Translations under genes and position numbers: made by a program
In this document: one piece after another, positions 49,784 to 59,231 of the stretch
Numbering within the stretch: position 1 is the stretch's first letter
Layout of the letters: each line of letters begins with the position of its first letter
Assembly (NCBI GenBank): GCA_045545475.1
Contig: JAZQAZ010000023.1
Coordinates: 64,001-128,000 of the forward strand
Direction: 5' to 3'
Source: Clostridia bacterium
GTDB taxonomy: Bacteria; Bacillota; Clostridia; CAKSNL01; HGM11501
DNA: 64,000 nucleotides
Notes under the pieces: model-generated
Seen by the model: only the letters and a program-made list of their open reading frames with translations
Told to the model about the DNA's origin: nothing
Database searches by the model: none

Positions 49784-51179
49784 TTTTCTTTAAGTTTTCC
49801 TCTGCCTTTTTTGCATCTGCCCTGCCCTTTGTTTCCTTCATTATTTTTCCGATAAGCGGAGCTATTGCCTTTTCCTTTCCTGATAAAAAGTCGGAAATTG
49901 CCTTTTCGTTTCCGATTATTACATTTTCTGTTATTTTTATAAGCTCATCGTAGGAAATGGGTGCAAAATCTTCTTCATTGAAAAGCTCTGTAAAAGGCTT
50001 TCTTTCCTCAAACATTTTATCGAAAATTTTCTTATCGAATCGCTTTTCGATTTTCCCCTTTGCCATAAGTGAAAGGACATATAAAACATCGGATGCTGTA
50101 GGTAGAATTTCGCCGTTTTCCCTTGTTTCCTCATCCATAAACTTAAAGGCGGACGAAAGGATAATTTTCGATAAATGAACGGCATCGCCATAGCCCGATA
50201 AAAGGCTGTCAAAATATATGGAAAGCGATTTGTATTTTGATATTGTAAAGGCATCCTCCATCGATATGCCAAGTGATGCATAGTGCATTTTCTTCTCCCT
50301 CGGAAGAGGGGGAAGATTTTCTTTTAAGGCGGAAATTTCTCTATCCGATATGTAAACCGAGGGAATGTCAGGCTCCGCAAAATAGCGGTAGTCCGATGCA
50401 CTTTCCTTTCCGCGCATAGCTTCGGTAACTCCCGTTTCACTATTAAAGCGGCGGGTTTCCCTTACTATTTCTTTTCCTTCTTCAAGCATTGATGCAAGCC
50501 TTTTTGCCTCATAATCAATTGCCTTTTTTATAAAGGAAAAGGAGTTTACGTTTTTAATTTCAACCCTCTCGCTTATCTTTCCTGTCACTTTATCTTTAAG
50601 GGATATATTTACGTCACAGCGAAGGGAGCCTTCCTGCATTTTACAGTCGGAAATTCCAAGGCGTTTCATGGTAAGTGCCAGGTCGGTAAGGTATTCTGCC
50701 ACTTCTTCCCCTGTTGCAAAGTCGGGCTTTGTAACTATCTCAATCAATGGCACTCCCGCACGGTTGTAGTCGATTAAAATTTTTCCGTCCTTTTTTATGA
50801 GCTTACCTGCATCCTCCTCGATGTGGATACGCTCAATTCTTATCCTTCGCCCGTCTGTAAGAGTTACGCTTCCGCCAATGCAAAGTGGCACTTCGCCCTG
50901 AGTTATCTGATATGCCTTCGGAAGATCGGGATAGATATAGTTTTTCCTTGCCATATAGGAATAGTTGTTTATTTCTGAGCCAAAGGAAAGCCCAGCCATT
51001 GCACCGAAAAGCACAACCTCGTGATTAAGGTGCGGCAAAGCGCCGGGGTGTCCCATACAAACCTCACAGCATTTTGAGTTAGGCTCTCCGCCGAAGGAGT
51101 TTTCACAGGAGCAGAAAATTTTGCTTTTTGTAAGCAGTTCAACGTGGGTTTCAAGCCCGATTATGGCTTCAAAATTCAA
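49758..51179 (-). CDS. gatB: Asp/Glu-tRNA amidotransferase subunit B
   Basis: IGLETHVEL, YPDLPKAYQI, HIEEDAGK, NRAGVPLIEIV, EGSLRCDVN. Confidence 0.95.
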   Translation of the reverse strand: MNFEAIIGLETHVELLTKSKIFCSCENSFGGEPNSKCCEVCMGHPGALPHLNHEVVLFGAMAGLSFGSEINNYSYMARKNYIYPDLPKAYQITQGEVPLCIGGSVTLTDGRRIRIERIHIEEDAGKLIKKDGKILIDYNRAGVPLIEIVTKPDFATGEEVAEYLTDLALTMKRLGISDCKMQEGSLRCDVNISLKDKVTGKISERVEIKNVNSFSFIKKAIDYEAKRLASMLEEGKEIVRETRRFNSETGVTEAMRGKESASDYRYFAEPDIPSVYISDREISALKENLPPLPREKKMHYASLGISMEDAFTISKYKSLSIYFDSLLSGYGDAVHLSKIILSSAFKFMDEETRENGEILPTASDVLYVLSLMAKGKIEKRFDKKIFDKMFEERKPFTELFNEEDFAPISYDELIKITENVIIGNEKAISDFLSGKEKAIAPLIGKIMKETKGRADAKKAEENLKKIICLRYKS

Positions 51180-52587
51180 ATTTTTCCGCCCCCTTTTTAT
51201 AAATTTCGCCCTGCATTGCATCTTCAAAGGCGTATGCCGCACGAAGTATAACATCCTCATTCATCCACTTTGCTGTTATGAGCATACCTAAGGGAAGTCC
51301 GTTTTCAGAAAATCCCATCGGAACAGAAAGGGATGGAAGATGGAAAACCGACGCCGCCGTTAAAAAGTAGTCCGTTAAAAGTTCATCTGTTTCTCCCAAA
51401 AGCGGTGCTGTATGAAATGCTGAGGGCGAAATAAGTATGTCAAATTTATCAAATACCTCTTTGAAGCTTTCTGCAAGACGGCACCTTTCCGCCTCCGCCT
51501 TTTTCCTTAAGGAAAGCTCCTTTTCAGAGGTCAGTATGGCGTTTCCCAGAAGGATTCTCATTCTCACTTCGTCGCCAAAGCCCTCTCTTGTATCAATGAC
51601 GCTGTTTCGTCTTTCGCCGTATCTTACGCCGTCGTACCTTGCCAAATTGCTTGCCGCATCTGAGGTTGCAATTACGGAATATATGTCATCCGCCTTGTCC
51701 CAAGTGGGAATTTTCACATCCGTCACTTCCGCTCCAAGCAATCTATAAGTTTCTGCGGCTCTTTTTATGTATTTCTTCGTTTCATCGTGGGCTTTATCCG
51801 TCACATCCAAAATTATTCCGACCTTAAACCCCTTTATGCCATCTGAAAGATTGCCGTAAGTTTTTTTCCTGTCGCCCTTTAAGGACGTCATATCCTTTTC
51901 ATCAAAGCAGTTTACCGCATCGAAAACCGCCGACACATCTGAAACCGAGCCTGCGATTATCCCCACTCTGTCAAGCAGGGACGAATGGGCAATAAGTCCG
52001 CGTCTGCTTAAGGCTCCGTAGGTGGGGCAAAGACCGACGGTACCCGTATAGGATGCGGGAAGCCTTATGCTTCCGCCGGTATCTGAACCCAAGGCATAAA
52101 CCGCACAGCCGGATGCAACAGCTGCTGCACTTCCGCCGGAGGAACCACCGGGAGACCTTTTTTCATCAAGAGGATTTATAACCGCACCCTTAAACGAAGT
52201 GTCACTTGATGCACCCATTCCGAACTCGTCCATATTGTTTTTGCCGAGAAGCACCGCACCTTCCTTTTTAAGGCAGGCGTAAGTATGGGCATCATAAGTA
52301 GGATAGTAATCAGACAGAACTCTGCTTCCCGCTGTGGTTAAAATTCCGCAACTTAAAAGATTATCCTTAAGGCTCATGGGAATGCCGGAAAGCAGTGTGT
52401 CCTTCCCTTCATCAAAAAGCTTTTCTGCATATCGGGCATTTTCAAGTGCTTCTTTTTCCGTAACCGTAATGAATGCATTAAGGTCCTCTTTTTCCTTTAT
52501 TCTTTCAAGATACTTTTCTAAAAGAAGCGAAGGCGAAATTTCTTTATTTTTAAGAAGCGCATTTATCTTTTCAATTTTTCCCTTCAT
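51169..52587 (-). CDS. gatA: Asp/Glu-tRNA amidotransferase subunit A
   Basis: KNNMDEFGMG, PGGSSGGS, GSDTGGSIRLP, SNLARYDGVRYG. Confidence 0.93.
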   Translation of the reverse strand: MKGKIEKINALLKNKEISPSLLLEKYLERIKEKEDLNAFITVTEKEALENARYAEKLFDEGKDTLLSGIPMSLKDNLLSCGILTTAGSRVLSDYYPTYDAHTYACLKKEGAVLLGKNNMDEFGMGASSDTSFKGAVINPLDEKRSPGGSSGGSAAAVASGCAVYALGSDTGGSIRLPASYTGTVGLCPTYGALSRRGLIAHSSLLDRVGIIAGSVSDVSAVFDAVNCFDEKDMTSLKGDRKKTYGNLSDGIKGFKVGIILDVTDKAHDETKKYIKRAAETYRLLGAEVTDVKIPTWDKADDIYSVIATSDAASNLARYDGVRYGERRNSVIDTREGFGDEVRMRILLGNAILTSEKELSLRKKAEAERCRLAESFKEVFDKFDILISPSAFHTAPLLGETDELLTDYFLTAASVFHLPSLSVPMGFSENGLPLGMLITAKWMNEDVILRAAYAFEDAMQGEIYKKGAEKFEF

Positions 52588-52825
52588 AATACGCCTCCGA
52601 AACTGAAATAAAGCCGTCCTCTGTCGCCTTTGCATTTTTAACGGCAACAAAATTGTCAAGTGACGGCTTTGCCTCATCTTCCCTTAGTGAAGTGTCCTTG
52701 TATGTAACATCCCCGTCTGTAAGTGAGTTTTTAAGTATCTTTTTAATCCTTGATTCAAATTTTTCCTTTTCGCCCTTTCTTTCCTTAAGTGCCGAAAGGT
52801 GTAAAAGCTCTTCGTATGTGTACAT
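52571..52825 (-). CDS. gatC: Divergent GatC
   Basis: Position before gatA; HLSAL, LREDE, NAKATEDGFISV. Confidence 0.7.
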   Translation of the reverse strand: MYTYEELLHLSALKERKGEKEKFESRIKKILKNSLTDGDVTYKDTSLREDEAKPSLDNFVAVKNAKATEDGFISVSEAYYEGKN

Positions 52826-52979
52826 AAAACCCCATCCTTTATGATATACAGTATATACTATAAAGGGCAAATTTTCAAGCAAAAAAGGCGATGCAATGCA
52901 TCGCCTTTCTGTTTTCAAGGTATATCTCTTATTTTTCTTAATAAACTTGTCTTTTTGCGTTCCGGGCATTTTTAACGCT

Positions 52980-53840
52980 TCACCCTTTTACCGCACCTGC
53001 GGCAACACCCTTTATTATATGCTTCTGACAAAGAAGATAAAATACAATAACCGGTACAATGCTTATCATAATCATCGCCATCGTTGCACCCATATCCACC
53101 GTACCGAAGCTTCCACGAAGGTACTGAATATGAATGGGAATGGTGCGGTACTCGTTTATATCAAGTACAAGATAAGGAAGGAGATAGTCGTTCCATATCC
53201 ACATAATTTCAAGCACACCCACGGAAATAAGGGTTGGCTTGAGCATAGGAAGCACCACAAGAAAGAAGGTCTTAACAGGCCCGCATCCGTCAATGGACGC
53301 CGCTTCCTCAATTTCTGAAGGTATGGATTTTATAAAGCCCGAAAACATAAATATCGCAAGTCCTGCACCAAATCCAAGGTAAATTATGGGAATGGTAAAA
53401 GGCGTATTTAAGTTAAGTGTGTCCGCCGTTCTTGAAAGAGTGTACATAACCATCTGGAAGGGCACAACCATTGAAAAAACGCATAAGTAGTAAACACTCT
53501 TCCCTATTATTCCGCCCACCCTTTCAATGTACCACGCCGCCATTGACGTGCATAAAAGTATCAGTGCAGTGGAAGTTACGGTAATTATAAAGCTGTATAA
53601 AACCGACATAAGAAAAGGATAGTTTCCGAAGGTCATACCCTTTATATAGTTATCCGCCCCCACAAAGCTTTCGGCATTTGGCAGACTGAAGGTTTCCATA
53701 TTTATGGCATTGTTGCTCTTGAATGAATTAATCAACACCAGGAGAACCGGCATAACATAAAATATACTGATGACGGAAAATATCACCGTGAGTACTGTTT
53801 TCACAGCTCTTTCCCGCCTTAACGAAGAGAGATTTTTCAA
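52980..53840 (-). CDS. Carbohydrate ABC transporter permease
   Basis: EEAASIDG, WNDYLLP. Confidence 0.95.
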   Translation of the reverse strand: MKNLSSLRRERAVKTVLTVIFSVISIFYVMPVLLVLINSFKSNNAINMETFSLPNAESFVGADNYIKGMTFGNYPFLMSVLYSFIITVTSTALILLCTSMAAWYIERVGGIIGKSVYYLCVFSMVVPFQMVMYTLSRTADTLNLNTPFTIPIIYLGFGAGLAIFMFSGFIKSIPSEIEEAASIDGCGPVKTFFLVVLPMLKPTLISVGVLEIMWIWNDYLLPYLVLDINEYRTIPIHIQYLRGSFGTVDMGATMAMIMISIVPVIVFYLLCQKHIIKGVAAGAVKG

Positions 53841-54754
53841 TTTTTTACCTCCCTTGATTTTGTTCCGAATAGCTGCAGCAGTCCTATTCCCACAACCAGT
53901 ATGCAGAATAGCACCGCTTTTGCCTGACCGACGCCACGATTCGTAACATTGGAGCTGAAGGAATTTACAATATTAAGTGCCATAAGCTCCGTGGTTCTTA
54001 TCGTGCTTCCGTCGGCAAGCATTTGGAAGGGCCTTCCCGCCGTAAGAGCTAAGTTCTGATCATAAAGCTTAAATGAATTGGTTAATGTCAGAAAAGTGCA
54101 TATTGTAATTGACGGCATCATGTTGGGGATGATAATTCTCCTCAGTGCCTGAAAGCCGGTGGCTCCGTCAATTTTGGATGCTTCAAGCATATCCTCCGGC
54201 ACAGACTGAAATCCTGCGATATATATAATCATCATATACCCCACCTGCTGCCAGCACATTAAAATCACAAGTCCGATAAATCCAAGTCTTCCGTCCAGCA
54301 TTATGGATGTACTGTAAAATGACAGAATGTAGTCAAATATCATAGACCAGATATAGCCAAGCACAATACCTCCGATTAAGTTTGGCATAAAGAAAACTGT
54401 TCTGAAAATATCAGCTCCCCTTATTTTACTGGTAAGGGCGTAGGCCACAGCGAATGCAATAAGATTTATCAGAATAAGCGACACAAAGGTGAACAGTGCC
54501 GTATTTTTGAAGGCGTTAACAAAGGACGCATCCGAAAACGCTTGAATATAATTGTCTATTCCACTCCATTCCCAATCGCTTGTAAGCCTGAACTTTGTAA
54601 AAGACAGGAAAAGTCCCTGCATAAACGGCCATATAAAGCCTATAAAAAAGGCAATCAATGTAGGCAAAAGGAAGAGCCAGCCCATGCGGGCAACGGGCTT
54701 CCTTATAAGACTTGACGACAAACCGCCTCGCTCCCTGCGGATTTTTTTAATCAC
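53837..54754 (-). CDS. Carbohydrate ABC transporter permease
   Basis: FRTVFFMPN, EASKIDGA. Confidence 0.95.
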   Translation of the reverse strand: MIKKIRRERGGLSSSLIRKPVARMGWLFLLPTLIAFFIGFIWPFMQGLFLSFTKFRLTSDWEWSGIDNYIQAFSDASFVNAFKNTALFTFVSLILINLIAFAVAYALTSKIRGADIFRTVFFMPNLIGGIVLGYIWSMIFDYILSFYSTSIMLDGRLGFIGLVILMCWQQVGYMMIIYIAGFQSVPEDMLEASKIDGATGFQALRRIIIPNMMPSITICTFLTLTNSFKLYDQNLALTAGRPFQMLADGSTIRTTELMALNIVNSFSSNVTNRGVGQAKAVLFCILVVGIGLLQLFGTKSREVKN

Positions 54755-54782
54755 TTAAAATCACACTCTTCCTTTAATGTTT

Positions 54783-56054
54783 TTACTGATTTTCCAATGT
54801 ATACTGCTGTTCCCAACCGGCAATAAACGCTTTTTCTACTTCGGACCAGTCGGAAAGTCCCGCACTGTATTTAGTAAGAGCGTCAGTAACTCCCATACGC
54901 CACATTTCAACTCCGGGCGTAAAGTTAAAGTCCCAGCTTACAGAATACTTTCCTTCATTAATATATTCCGATGCATTTCTTATAAAGAGATTGGTATCCT
55001 CAGGTGCTCCTTCGTAAGGAATAGCACCAAATTCCTCGGTCATAACCTTTGTTCCCTCCTCAGATGTTACAAGCCAGTCCATGAAATCAAGAGTTGCCCT
55101 TATATCTTCTTCGGAAGCGTTTTTATTTACCGCCCAACAGTTTTCCGTACCGGAGCAAAGTCCGGCATTTTCCTCTCCCGGAACGCCGGTATATATGGGA
55201 ATCATCTTAAGTTCGTCATCCGTAAAGCCTGCTTCCTTAAGCTTGTGATATTCCCATGAGCCATTTTGATAAAACACTGCCTTACGCTCGGTAAATTCTG
55301 CGGTTGCCATATCAGCCGTGGCTGTTGCAAGGCTTGCACCCGTAACAGATGAGTTATTTATATACAAGTCCCATATGTTTTTAAATGCATAAAGGTGACT
55401 TCCCGTAAGCTTCGGCACCTGAAAATTAACTCCTCTGTCCTTAAATTCATAATAAAGAGGCATGTTTGCCAGATGTCCTGAAAAACGCCACGAAGAAGAT
55501 GCGTCCAATCCCGATGAAGTGAAAGCGTCAAACCCAAGCTCTCCGCTTCTTTGGTGAATGTCAGAAGCCACAGCGGATAAAGTTTCAAAGTTGTAAATAT
55601 CGTCAATTGCATAGCCTGCTTTTTCCAGTAAATCCGTATTTACAATTATTCCGAAGCACTCATAACAATATCCAATGGATGCCGCACTTCCGTCCTCGTT
55701 ATAAAGGATTATATCCTGATTGAGTTTTTCAAATACCCTTGTTCCCCTAAGATCATAGCAATAGTCCCCCCAGGTTTTAAGTGATTCCATATTTCCCACA
55801 ACAAACAAGGTAGGAGCATTTTTCTTGTCCATCTCGGCGATGAGAGCCGTGTTATATCCGCCGGATGCCGCAGTTACCACTTTAACGTCTACGCCGGTTT
55901 GATTTTTGTAGCTCTTGGCAATATTTTGAAGTGCAGCATCTGCTTCGGGTTTAAAGTTAAACCAGTATACACTTCCTGCCTTTTCTTCCTTTGTGCAACA
56001 GGTAAGGGATAAAATTATTATCGTGGCAAACATAAATGCAAATATTTTTTTCAT
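54783..56054 (-). CDS. Sugar ABC transporter substrate-binding lipoprotein
   Basis: Lipobox-like LSLTCC; VYWFNFKPE, AVFYQNGSW. Confidence 0.92.
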   Translation of the reverse strand: MKKIFAFMFATIIILSLTCCTKEEKAGSVYWFNFKPEADAALQNIAKSYKNQTGVDVKVVTAASGGYNTALIAEMDKKNAPTLFVVGNMESLKTWGDYCYDLRGTRVFEKLNQDIILYNEDGSAASIGYCYECFGIIVNTDLLEKAGYAIDDIYNFETLSAVASDIHQRSGELGFDAFTSSGLDASSSWRFSGHLANMPLYYEFKDRGVNFQVPKLTGSHLYAFKNIWDLYINNSSVTGASLATATADMATAEFTERKAVFYQNGSWEYHKLKEAGFTDDELKMIPIYTGVPGEENAGLCSGTENCWAVNKNASEEDIRATLDFMDWLVTSEEGTKVMTEEFGAIPYEGAPEDTNLFIRNASEYINEGKYSVSWDFNFTPGVEMWRMGVTDALTKYSAGLSDWSEVEKAFIAGWEQQYTLENQ

Positions 56055-56178
56055 ATAAATCATCCTTTCAATAAAGATAGTATATCTATTATTCCCAATC
56101 TGAATACAAAAAAGTAAATTTATTTTTTAAATGTGTTTTTATTTGCTAATATCGACATTTTTGACGTTCCGTAAAAAA

Positions 56179-56207
56179 ACCCAAGGACGCATTTCGCGTC
56201 CTTGGGT
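56179..56207 (-). terminator. Terminator; identical 29-bp copy at 58943-58971
   Basis: ACCCAAGGACGC-ATTTC-GCGTCCTTGGGT. Confidence 0.85.
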
Positions 56208-56212
56208 GCTAA

Positions 56213-56566
56213 TCAACCTAATGGATTTTTTACATTTCCTTCTTCATCAAATATAACTTTTTTCCCGGTTTTACTATGATAAAAGTTACGTGTGCCATCT
56301 TTGCCTTCAGCAAAAGTCAATTCTGTCCCTACCGGCATATCAAATATAGATAAAACTGCAGGCTCGATTTCAAACATTGTCCCAAAATCACATACTGTCA
56401 TATTTTTAGGGTTGCTCAAAAAATCATTGGTGTCAATATCTGATAAAAATACCCACCCATTATCAACATCATGTTTACTTTTTTCCCTTATACACCATCT
56501 TAATTTTCCTTTTCCATTCAACAAATTGTTAGAGAGTATCGACCCTCCCATTCCCATGCTCGCCAT
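56213..56566 (-). CDS. DUF2185/Imm33-like immunity protein
   Basis: LRWCIRE...DNGWVFLSDID..FL, IEPAVLSIFDMPVG; RBS AAGGAGG. Confidence 0.8.
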   Translation of the reverse strand: MASMGMGGSILSNNLLNGKGKLRWCIREKSKHDVDNGWVFLSDIDTNDFLSNPKNMTVCDFGTMFEIEPAVLSIFDMPVGTELTFAEGKDGTRNFYHSKTGKKVIFDEEGNVKNPLG

Positions 56567-56582
56567 TTCTAAACTCCTCCTT

Positions 56583-56693
56583 TTATTCGTATTTATGACT
56601 CCGATTGGTTTTTGGTAATTCCGGGCGATAATTAGCAGGATTCCTATACCAATCTAAAAACTCTCTTCTGCTCAGTGCTCCCATAGCAAACAA
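56583..56693 (-). pseudogene. 3' remnant of a GH-E (HNH/EndoVII) nuclease toxin
   Basis: LSRREFLDWYRNPANYRPELPKTNRSHKYE*; its 5' side abuts the REP-like repeat at 56694. Confidence 0.75.
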
Positions 56694-56735
56694 GACAAAA
56701 GGGGACGAGACAAAAAAGGTACGTCCCCTTTTGTC
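56694..56735. repeat. REP-like repeat (inverted half copy plus exact 27-mer)
   Basis: GACAAAAGGGGACG at 56694; GACAAAAAAGGTACGTCCCCTTTTGTC at 56709-56735. Confidence 0.92.
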
Positions 56736-56777
56736 CACGATCATTTGTTTCTCTCCTTAGATAAAAAATATGTTATT

Positions 56778-57638
56778 CTAGTCTTTTTCTTGGATTTTGG
56801 CATATTCTGTTGGTGGTATACCCGTCACTTTTTTAAAAAGTCTTGAAAAATAATGAACGGAGTTAAATCCGAGTATGTCAGAAATCTCGCTGAAATTATA
56901 TTTGTTAAGACAAATGAGCTTTTTTGCTTTTTCGATTTTCAGTATGTTAAAATAGGCAACAGGGCCATTGCCGGTAAAATTTCGGAAAAGATATTTAAGC
57001 TTTGAAACGCTCATAGCTCCTGCAAGAGCAAAATCCTCCAAAGTAAATTTTTTGCTGATATTATCTTCCATAAATTTTACAATCTGTTCAAATTCGTCAG
57101 TCAGGATACTATGTTTCTTTTCTTCCCGTTGATTCATTTGTTGCGTTTTTGAAATATCTGAAAGGAAAAGCTCCAATCGTTTTTTAAAATATAATATTTT
57201 GTATTCGGAAATATCCTTTTTTAATGTCATTCTGGAAACGCCGTTAACTGTTTTTCTTGTAAAGTATTTTATACCTGTTTCTGCAATTTCCAGAAAAATA
57301 TTTTTTTGCATTGAATTAAGAGTAATCGGACGGTTATATATTTTCTGAAGCTCAGTACTGTCTGTATCAAAGCTCAATATATAGCTTGTGGCATCAGAAC
57401 CTTTATCTCCCATCGTATGAAAATGCCCCGGAGCATAAATCATAATCTGACCGGGATTTAAGGTTATATTCTCATTGTTCAGTATAAGATTATGAACCCC
57501 CGATTTGATAAATATAAGCTCAGGAAAGTTGTGAGATTCTCCCTTTCCCGATACGGTAGTTTTAAAATCAATATAAAAACATGAAAAAATCCCGTTTACT
57601 TTGATAGCATCTTCAAAATTCAAAGCTTTATATTCCAA
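56778..57638 (-). CDS. AraC-family transcriptional regulator
   Basis: GESHNFPEL cupin; SEISDILGFNSVHYFSRLFKKVTG; TTG start after AAGGAG. Confidence 0.93.
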   Translation of the reverse strand: MEYKALNFEDAIKVNGIFSCFYIDFKTTVSGKGESHNFPELIFIKSGVHNLILNNENITLNPGQIMIYAPGHFHTMGDKGSDATSYILSFDTDSTELQKIYNRPITLNSMQKNIFLEIAETGIKYFTRKTVNGVSRMTLKKDISEYKILYFKKRLELFLSDISKTQQMNQREEKKHSILTDEFEQIVKFMEDNISKKFTLEDFALAGAMSVSKLKYLFRNFTGNGPVAYFNILKIEKAKKLICLNKYNFSEISDILGFNSVHYFSRLFKKVTGIPPTEYAKIQEKD

Positions 57639-57787
57639 ACCTATACTCTCCTTTGATTTTAATCTTTTTGTGCAAAAAATCAACCATTTAATCTAAATAC
57701 AAAACACATTTTTATTGTTAAAATAGGCATAGATAAATGATATCCTAATTTTTACTTTTTGTCAACAATATGGAGGAGGAAGAAAGT

Positions 57788-58861
57788 ATGAATAAATTAA
57801 AACTTGGTCTTATAGGCTGTGGAAAAATGATGGCTCAGCATGTTAATGGTGTGAAAAAGAGTGAAAATGTAGAAATCGTTGCTGTTTGCGATATTATTGA
57901 GGAAAATGCAAGGGTAGTTGCAGAAGAATTGGGAAACAATGCAAAGATTTTTACAGATTACAGAGATTTGGTTTCTGAGGTTGATGCTGTTTTAATAGCT
58001 CTGCCTCACGATCTTCATTTTCAGTGTGGAATGTATTTTGCAATGCATGATAAACACATTCTGATGGAAAAGCCTCTTTGCAATTCAGAAAGGGAATGTG
58101 AAATTCTTATTGAAACTTGCGAAAAGCGTAACCTTAAGCTTATGTCTGCTTATCCGGTTCGTTTCTGGCCTGGTGTTGTTAAGCTTAAAGAACTGGTTGA
58201 TTCGGGGGAATTCGGAGAAATTATTCAGATGTCAATATGGACCGAACAGCTTACCGGTGCGGATATGACATATCTTGATATTGAAAGAAACTGGCTTGTC
58301 ACAAGCAGGTTAGGCGGAGGACAGCTTTTCAGCCATGGCTGCCATTATATTGATATTCTGCTTTGGTTCCTGGGAGAGCCTGTGACAGGGGCACATATGG
58401 GTACAAGAAACGGAACTCCATGGATGATTGAAGAGGGCACAAGTGCTCTTGTAATGAAATTTGAAAACGGTGCTGTCGGTTATCATGGTGCAACATGGGG
58501 GGCAAGGGGAACCCGACTTGGCTATGATTTCCAAATTCAAACAGAAAAGGCTCTTTTGGAATATGATCACTCCGGTGGTGAGGTAAGAATTTACAGGAAA
58601 TCTGCCGTTCATACTCCTGGGCAAGAGGATAAAAAAGAAAATTACGAGGTTGTATGGAAAAGAACAGAGGAAAAATCAAAAAACACCCAGTATGAAATCA
58701 ATCACTTTACAGACTGTGTTCTTAACGATAAAACACCTCTTACAAATGGTAGAGCAGCACTTCAGGGATTAAGAGTAATCTGGGAACTGTACTTGGCAGA
58801 GAAAAACAACAGGCTTGCAAATCTTAAAGGTCTTGGCTTAGGTGCTGTTGAAAACAAATAA
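57788..58861 (+). CDS. Gfo/Idh/MocA-family oxidoreductase
   Basis: GLIGCGKM, LPHDLH, HILMEKP, GGGQLFSHGCHYID. Confidence 0.95.
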   Translation: MNKLKLGLIGCGKMMAQHVNGVKKSENVEIVAVCDIIEENARVVAEELGNNAKIFTDYRDLVSEVDAVLIALPHDLHFQCGMYFAMHDKHILMEKPLCNSERECEILIETCEKRNLKLMSAYPVRFWPGVVKLKELVDSGEFGEIIQMSIWTEQLTGADMTYLDIERNWLVTSRLGGGQLFSHGCHYIDILLWFLGEPVTGAHMGTRNGTPWMIEEGTSALVMKFENGAVGYHGATWGARGTRLGYDFQIQTEKALLEYDHSGGEVRIYRKSAVHTPGQEDKKENYEVVWKRTEEKSKNTQYEINHFTDCVLNDKTPLTNGRAALQGLRVIWELYLAEKNNRLANLKGLGLGAVENK

Positions 58862-58883
58862 ACAATTTTGGGGACGGGGCAGT

Positions 58884-58921
58884 GACAAAAGGGGACGTAC
58901 CTTTTTTGTCTCCCTTTTGTC
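58884..58921. repeat. REP-like 27-mer in reverse orientation plus partial arm
   Basis: GACAAAAGGGGACGTACCTTTTTTGTC at 58884-58910, then CCCTTTTGTC. Confidence 0.92.
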
Positions 58922-58942
58922 TCAGGCGAACCGCAAAAAAAC

Positions 58943-58971
58943 ACCCAAGGACGCATTTCGCGTCCTTGGGT
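58943..58971 (-). terminator. Terminator; identical to 56179-56207
   Basis: ACCCAAGGACGC-ATTTC-GCGTCCTTGGGT. Confidence 0.85.
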
Positions 58972-59015
58972 ACTTATAAGAAGAACTAAATTGTTACGAT
59001 GTTGTCTATACTATG

Positions 59016-59046
59016 ATACCAAAAAATGTACGTCCCCAAGTGGTAT
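59016..59046. repeat. Variant of the REP-like repeat with different complementary arms
   Basis: ATACCA-AAAAATGTACGTCCCCAAG-TGGTAT. Confidence 0.65.
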
Positions 59047-59051
59047 TTCAA

Positions 59052-59231
59052 TTATTCGTCAATATCGTTGTGGTATTTACAGCTTTTACACCTTTGGCGT
59101 TGTTCTTCATTCCATTTGATACCTTCTGGTAAAAGTGTGGATTTCACATAACCATCTGCTACATCACATACAATGTAGCAATCGGCACCATTGATGTTGC
59201 CACCCTTTACCGGACAATATACTGTTTTCAT
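59052..59231 (-). CDS. 59-aa Cys-rich putative immunity protein (below the ORF-track cutoff)
   Basis: MKTVYCPVKGGNINGADCYIVCDVADGYVKSTLLPEGIKWNEEQRQRCKSCKYHNDIDE*; ATGA overlap with the orphan toxin stop. Confidence 0.75.
   Translation of the reverse strand: MKTVYCPVKGGNINGADCYIVCDVADGYVKSTLLPEGIKWNEEQRQRCKSCKYHNDIDE

Noticed and set aside
45238-58910. 27-bp palindrome as a CRISPR repeat or classical attC site
   Set aside because: Copies are separated by hundreds to thousands of bp; they are too short for attC, lack RYYYAAC/GTTRRRY ends, and no intI is present
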